Shown piece after piece: positions 25,889 through 30,362 of a DNA stretch of 30,362 nt (positions are counted from its first letter, which is position 1; the number at the start of each line of letters is the position of its first letter). A program made the position numbers and the translations under genes. Under the pieces are notes generated by a model, which was not told the origin of the DNA, ran no database searches, and saw only the letters and a program-made list of their open reading frames with translations. The stretch comes from a virus (Duplodnaviria; Caudoviricetes): the IMG/VR virus record IMGVR_UViG_3300020045_004287, positions 1 through 30,362 of that record; one strand, written 5' to 3'.

Positions 25889-27046
25889 TTACGCAGTAGC
25901 CGTAAAGTCACCGTAAACCAATGCTAAAGGTTGTTCAACTGCTAAAGCAACTTGAGCCTCAATACGAGCGGTAATATTGTTGTTAACGAAGTTAGAGCCT
26001 TCAGTTTCAGAAAATTCTAAAGATAAGCCTTCAGTAGTAACTTTGTTCACTCTTGACCAATCACCAACGTAATATTTATTAGCGGCTAACCAAGTAGCTT
26101 TGAATACTTGAACACCAGCAACTCTTAAAACACCACCCTCATAAGTAACGGCACTTTCTAAATCTTGCTTTGCAGTTTTTAAAATATCCAAGTAATCAGA
26201 TGGTCTAATAACAATACCATTTACCATATAGTTGGCATCCTCTAATTTACCGATTTCATTTATAAGCATTTCAGATTTTGAACTACCTGTAATAATTTCA
26301 GTTGAAGCGGTTGCGTCAGAGGCTAATATAGTGTTAAATGCAGTGTTTTCAGCTTTGAAATAATCACGTCTTAATAACTGCGGAATTGCAGAAGTAATGT
26401 AAGATAGGTTGTTACGCATTTTTTTAGAGTAACGAGCAAAACCAGCGATAAAGTTCGTTGGAACGTCAACCGCAGTAAAGTCGTAATCTCTTTGCGCTTT
26501 TGCACTACCCTCAGTTTGTGCAGCAATAGAACCCTCACCAGCACCTTCTACCGTATAGGTATAAGTACCACCTGAAATGTTAATGTTTCCTGTTAAATCA
26601 GAAACGTTAACCATCTGCGCTGGAAACTTAACAATATCGAAATTGTAATCTCTAGGCTCTTCACCAGTAAAGTTGGCAGTGGTCATATTTCCAACTGCTT
26701 TCAATCTTACTTTGTTGTTTTCTCCAACACCCGCAATTTTTTCAGCGTTTTCTTTGATTAAAGATTTAATAGCGTCAACTTGTGCGTTGGCATCAAGTTT
26801 TCCTTTTTCTTGCAATTTTAAATCTAAACTATCTGCGTGGTCTTGAACCGCTTTTAAATCCGCATTAAATTTAGTTTCCAATTCCTCACGAACTGTTTTA
26901 ATTTCAGCGTCGAAAGTTGATTTTATAGCGGTTGGCAACTTAGCCTCTAAGGCATCAATTGCAGACTTAACCTCTGTTGCGGTTTTAGTCTCTAGTGCGG
27001 TTTTAATACCGTCTAATTCTTGTTTTAACTCTAATTCTAAAGCCAT
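25889..27046 (-). CDS. Major capsid protein, HK97 fold with N-terminal scaffold (delta) domain
   Basis: 385 aa; coiled-coil N-terminus, EGSAK, YYVGDWS and FVNNNITARIEAQVALAVEQPLALVYGDF. Confidence 0.95.
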   Translation of the reverse strand: MALELELKQELDGIKTALETKTATEVKSAIDALEAKLPTAIKSTFDAEIKTVREELETKFNADLKAVQDHADSLDLKLQEKGKLDANAQVDAIKSLIKENAEKIAGVGENNKVRLKAVGNMTTANFTGEEPRDYNFDIVKFPAQMVNVSDLTGNINISGGTYTYTVEGAGEGSIAAQTEGSAKAQRDYDFTAVDVPTNFIAGFARYSKKMRNNLSYITSAIPQLLRRDYFKAENTAFNTILASDATASTEIITGSSKSEMLINEIGKLEDANYMVNGIVIRPSDYLDILKTAKQDLESAVTYEGGVLRVAGVQVFKATWLAANKYYVGDWSRVNKVTTEGLSLEFSETEGSNFVNNNITARIEAQVALAVEQPLALVYGDFTATA

Positions 27047-27050
27047 TGTT

Positions 27051-27707
27051 TTAAATTTTTAGTGTGTTTTTAAATGATTTTAACGTGTCTAGTATAATCG
27101 GCTCATCTTTCAAAGTGTCAGTTTCTAACGGCTCTTTATCGAGTGATTTTAATAATTTTTCTATTTCGATTAATCTTGAATCAGAATAATCTAAATTGTA
27201 TGCTTTTTGTAATAGTTCCATAAAGCCGTAATGACTTTTTATAGATTTGATATCTTGAACGGTGCTTAATTGATTTGCGCCCCAAGAGGATAAAAACGAA
27301 TACTCCATTAATTTATACTCGATTATCCTTGCTTTTTCTTTCGCGTCCCTTTGCACTACTTTATAACCAATAGACAACTCAGCATTCAAACTACTATCAT
27401 ACATTAATTTAATATCGGTAAACATATCTCTACCTAAATCTTTATTCATATTAAATTGAGTAGTAGTAAGTAAGCCATAAGTATCTTTAGCATCAATAAC
27501 CAAAGGCACTCCAATCATCATAGTTGGATTGTGGTCTTTTAACACTCGAATGCGTTTAAAATTTTCGTTTACGGTCTTTTCAAATGAACCATAAGCGGAA
27601 ATATCTCCATCGCTATCTTTGAAGTTATAGACGTTAGCGTATGCCGTAACAACGCCTTTTTTATCGTCTAATTCTTTTAGGTCGTATGATATTTGTTTAA
27701 AATCCAT
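27051..27707 (-). CDS. HK97-type prohead protease
   Basis: AYANVYNFKDSDGDI, VLKDHN, ELSIGY and KLMEYS. Confidence 0.95.
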   Translation of the reverse strand: MDFKQISYDLKELDDKKGVVTAYANVYNFKDSDGDISAYGSFEKTVNENFKRIRVLKDHNPTMMIGVPLVIDAKDTYGLLTTTQFNMNKDLGRDMFTDIKLMYDSSLNAELSIGYKVVQRDAKEKARIIEYKLMEYSFLSSWGANQLSTVQDIKSIKSHYGFMELLQKAYNLDYSDSRLIEIEKLLKSLDKEPLETDTLKDEPIILDTLKSFKNTLKI

Positions 27708-27711
27708 AATG

Positions 27712-27747
27712 CAAATATATTAATTTATTTTTAATTAGTCTAAATAA
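27712..27747 (-). promoter_or_regulatory. -7 promoter TATATTTG (27712-19) plus palindromic operator (27725-47)
   Basis: Operator sequence TTATTTTTAATTAGTCTAAATAA. Confidence 0.6.
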
Positions 27748-27757
27748 GGTTAATTTT

Positions 27758-28018
27758 TTATTGTTTGATAAATTTATACTTATATATTTTTAACCCATTA
27801 GGTTCTACATCTGTTGTTATTTCAATTATATAAAAAGGAACTTGCTCGCTTTCTTTTAATTCATCAAAAAACTCACTTGTTCCATAAAAATACCAAAGGT
27901 CGTTTTCCCAATACCTAAACTCAATATGATTTGGTTTAAAGTCTTTGAAAATTAAGTAAAAAGCACTCCAGCAGTTTTTATACGCTTCGTCAGTTATTTT
28001 TATAATTCCTTTTTTCAT
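27758..28018 (-). CDS. Hypothetical protein
   Basis: 86-aa ORF packed in the head operon. Confidence 0.7.
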   Translation of the reverse strand: MKKGIIKITDEAYKNCWSAFYLIFKDFKPNHIEFRYWENDLWYFYGTSEFFDELKESEQVPFYIIEITTDVEPNGLKIYKYKFIKQ

Positions 28019-28023
28019 AATAC

Positions 28024-28764
28024 TTAATTTTTTATTTTTCTAATAGGCAATCCATCTTCATCCTCTTTAATTGTAAACACTACTTTACAACGGCAATTTA
28101 TGATATTCCCACTTGCTCCGTTTGGTGCGCCCGGATAATCCAACTCTTCACCCCCAACAAAAAATGTTCTTTCAGCATCAACTGTTACACCATTCATATC
28201 GTAGTGGTCAAACATTGATTTTGGCGGTCGTCTTGTTCTATTGTCTTGCGCACTTATCCAAGTTTTTTGTAATTGGTACTCACTATTTTGTGATGCTAAT
28301 ACCGTAGCTAAATTAGTAGCGGTTGTTGTTTCAGTTCGTGCTATTCGTAACGCTTGCGATTTAAACCAACCGAACTTATTTTGTAAATTTCTAGTTATTT
28401 CAGCAACTGATAAATTATTCTCGTAACCATCGGCAATAACTTTTATAATACTTTCAATTAATGTTTGATGCACCGATACAATCCTTAATCCTGCATTACT
28501 TTGTAGCCATTGCGATATAATCATATCAAAATCTATTTCGGCTTTTAATTGTCTTGCAGTTCGTTTGTATTGCGCACCGATTAAAGTAGTGTAAATCTCT
28601 TTATACATCTTTTTTATTTGTGTATCAGTAACGTTTGAATAAATTAACGCCTCGTAGGTTAATTTAGCCATATTAGTAAATGGAATAGAATTAACAATAG
28701 ATAAAACATTACGTCTAACTACTCGGTACGCTTGTAATTCCTGTCTTATTCTAAGTTTGTCCAT
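28024..28764 (-). CDS. Minor head protein (MuF / SPP1 gp7 family), short form
   Basis: RIARTET, KTWISAQDNRTR...H and YPG.P......IINCRC. Confidence 0.93.
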   Translation of the reverse strand: MDKLRIRQELQAYRVVRRNVLSIVNSIPFTNMAKLTYEALIYSNVTDTQIKKMYKEIYTTLIGAQYKRTARQLKAEIDFDMIISQWLQSNAGLRIVSVHQTLIESIIKVIADGYENNLSVAEITRNLQNKFGWFKSQALRIARTETTTATNLATVLASQNSEYQLQKTWISAQDNRTRRPPKSMFDHYDMNGVTVDAERTFFVGGEELDYPGAPNGASGNIINCRCKVVFTIKEDEDGLPIRKIKN

Positions 28765-28981
28765 TTTGTTTATAATTACAATATCCTTTTTTTCTACAGG
28801 ATAAATCTAAATTTTTAAATCCGCATCTATCTATAGTTAGGCAATAATTTTTTGTTTTATCTTCTTTGTTTAAAACATTTATTTTTTGTTCTAAAAACTC
28901 TATATATCTGTTTAATTCAAAAACATAATCTATATCAAAAACTTTTTTGGTTTTATAATTTGGCACTTCAGGTCTTTTCAT
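28751..28981 (-). CDS. Hypothetical Cys-rich small protein
   Basis: 76 aa with four Cys near the C-terminus. Confidence 0.6.
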   Translation of the reverse strand: MKRPEVPNYKTKKVFDIDYVFELNRYIEFLEQKINVLNKEDKTKNYCLTIDRCGFKNLDLSCRKKGYCNYKQNGQT

Positions 28982-28983
28982 AA

Positions 28984-30362
28984 CTATAAATTTTGATTTA
29001 TATCTTCAATCGTTGGGTCGTTCACATTAACCAAATTATTAGGTATAAAAACCTCGTCCATCATTTCAGCGTCCATTCGTTCATAATTAAACACCTCACG
29101 TCTTTCGTTTAACGTTAAAGGAACTGAATTAACCCACTTAGACATAGTTTCCATATCCGTTTGCATTTCGGGCATTTCTGTAATATCAAACTCCAATTCG
29201 GCATTTTCGTAACCTTTAAATTTACGGATAAATTCAGGATTTAAGTAAGAAGCTAATAAATCCAAATCGGGTTTAATATTGTCAATCATTACCCTTTTAC
29301 GCGCTTCAATAAGTGTATCAGTAAACCCACCGCCACCTGTTGTACGTCTATCTTCATTTAGCAAATTAACATCCCAATTCAAACAATTTGCTAAAGCACG
29401 TCTATCATTGCTCAAAAACTCAAAAGGTTTTAACTCATCAGTAGTCAATGATATTCTAGTAAATCCAAGTTTTGCACTTGCGCCAGCTATATTGGAAAGT
29501 TTAGCTTGTGAATTATCCATTTCAACTAAACGTTCTTTCAATTCTTGTGCTTGTTCGGCTCTTAAAGGACTTTGACCATCACCAGCGTGTATAAATCCAT
29601 AAACACCGCTATTTTGCGAAGTCTTAACATTAGTATCAATAAAACTATTTGAACTATTTATATTTCTAATAGCGGACATTAATTCGCTATAGCCGTATAA
29701 TTGTGTTCCGTTATAATCAAAAAATGGATTGGTTCGTTTAATGTGAATGATACTATCCGCTTCAAATCTAATAAATTGGTTACCTTGCTCCATTACATAA
29801 TAATCGATGGGGTTTTCAGTTCCAACCATTGAAGCATTAGGCTTTAAAACAATCTTTACCCAGTGTGATGGTAATATATGTAATTGTAACGGTACGCCTT
29901 TATTAATTCCATCACTTGGCGACATTTTATATAAATAAACATTACCGCAAACTTTAAGATATAGTTTATAAAGAAAAACTAAATCATTCCAAGTTTGCAA
30001 AGTGTTTGGTCTATCTAAAGGCATTGGCAAATATTCATCAGAATATGTTTCTGCCTTGATTTTATCTAATTGTTTTTTTTGTTGATACGTTAAATCAATA
30101 GGATATGATTTAACTAACTGTAGCTTTTTCTCGTCTTTAATCTTCTTAACGTAAAACGGCACAACAGTTGATTTAGACGCCATTTGATTAACCATAGCGT
30201 TAACGTCGGGGTTTTCCCCATAACCTTTGATTAATAAAACCGATATATCTTGATTGTATGTATTTGTTTGACCGCCTAACAATCTAAAAACCGCCTCATA
30301 AAGTTTATTTTGAGTATATGTTTGTGGATTTCTAAAAGCCTCCCAAGCCGACTGAAGTCTAT
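28984..30362 (-). CDS. Portal protein (HK97 family); 5' end lies outside the window
   Basis: Frame open to the window edge (RLQSAWEAFRNP...); GNVYLY, LHILPSHWV, IIHIK, LYGYSEL and LTLNERRE. Confidence 0.93.
   Translation of the reverse strand, partial: RLQSAWEAFRNPQTYTQNKLYEAVFRLLGGQTNTYNQDISVLLIKGYGENPDVNAMVNQMASKSTVVPFYVKKIKDEKKLQLVKSYPIDLTYQQKKQLDKIKAETYSDEYLPMPLDRPNTLQTWNDLVFLYKLYLKVCGNVYLYKMSPSDGINKGVPLQLHILPSHWVKIVLKPNASMVGTENPIDYYVMEQGNQFIRFEADSIIHIKRTNPFFDYNGTQLYGYSELMSAIRNINSSNSFIDTNVKTSQNSGVYGFIHAGDGQSPLRAEQAQELKERLVEMDNSQAKLSNIAGASAKLGFTRISLTTDELKPFEFLSNDRRALANCLNWDVNLLNEDRRTTGGGGFTDTLIEARKRVMIDNIKPDLDLLASYLNPEFIRKFKGYENAELEFDITEMPEMQTDMETMSKWVNSVPLTLNERREVFNYERMDAEMMDEVFIPNNLVNVNDPTIEDINQNL

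Noticed and set aside
28024-28764. MuF polymorphic toxin with downstream immunity gene
   Set aside because: MuF ends about 20 aa after NCRC, leaving no toxin domain.
833-29575. Shadow ORFs (833, 1982, 3330, 3685, 4714, 7678, 8918, 9753, 9781, 10424, 15943, 18420, 18708, 20606, 28113, 28241, 29279)
   Set aside because: All lie inside longer well-supported genes on the antisense strand or in another frame, with no protein motifs.
1-30362. CRISPR array, DGR, integrase/invertase, stop-codon recoding
   Set aside because: I saw no regularly spaced repeats, reverse transcriptase or recombinase, and genes are intact and tightly packed under the standard code.

Overview
AT-rich DNA from Bacteroidota (probably Flavobacteriaceae) tailed phages, judged from TAnnTTTG promoters and A-rich starts without Shine-Dalgarno sequences. 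Two different siphovirus-type morphogenesis modules converge and fuse mid-gene at about 12.12 kb. Module A (1-12.1 kb, mostly +) has tail tube, neck, chaperone, 848-aa tape measure, tail-tip and fibre genes; its first 1.2 kb is a fold-back inversion. Module B (12.1-30.4 kb, -) is a near-complete HK97-like late region running from portal through head, tail and fibres to lysis. Both junctions look like amplification or assembly chimeras. The main finding is a very small, circularly permuted (two-piece) tmRNA gene at about 12959-13215. It has its own promoter and terminator, a G3-U70 alanine acceptor, no room for the usual pseudoknots, and a tag ending -RATA. Also notable are four Fur-box-like palindromes at module B internal promoters, a 'GAPKxPK' peptide plus membrane-protein cassette shared by both phages, two structured leader/sRNA units, and a -1 frameshift in the tail chaperone. 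All calls were made by eye; no searches were run.
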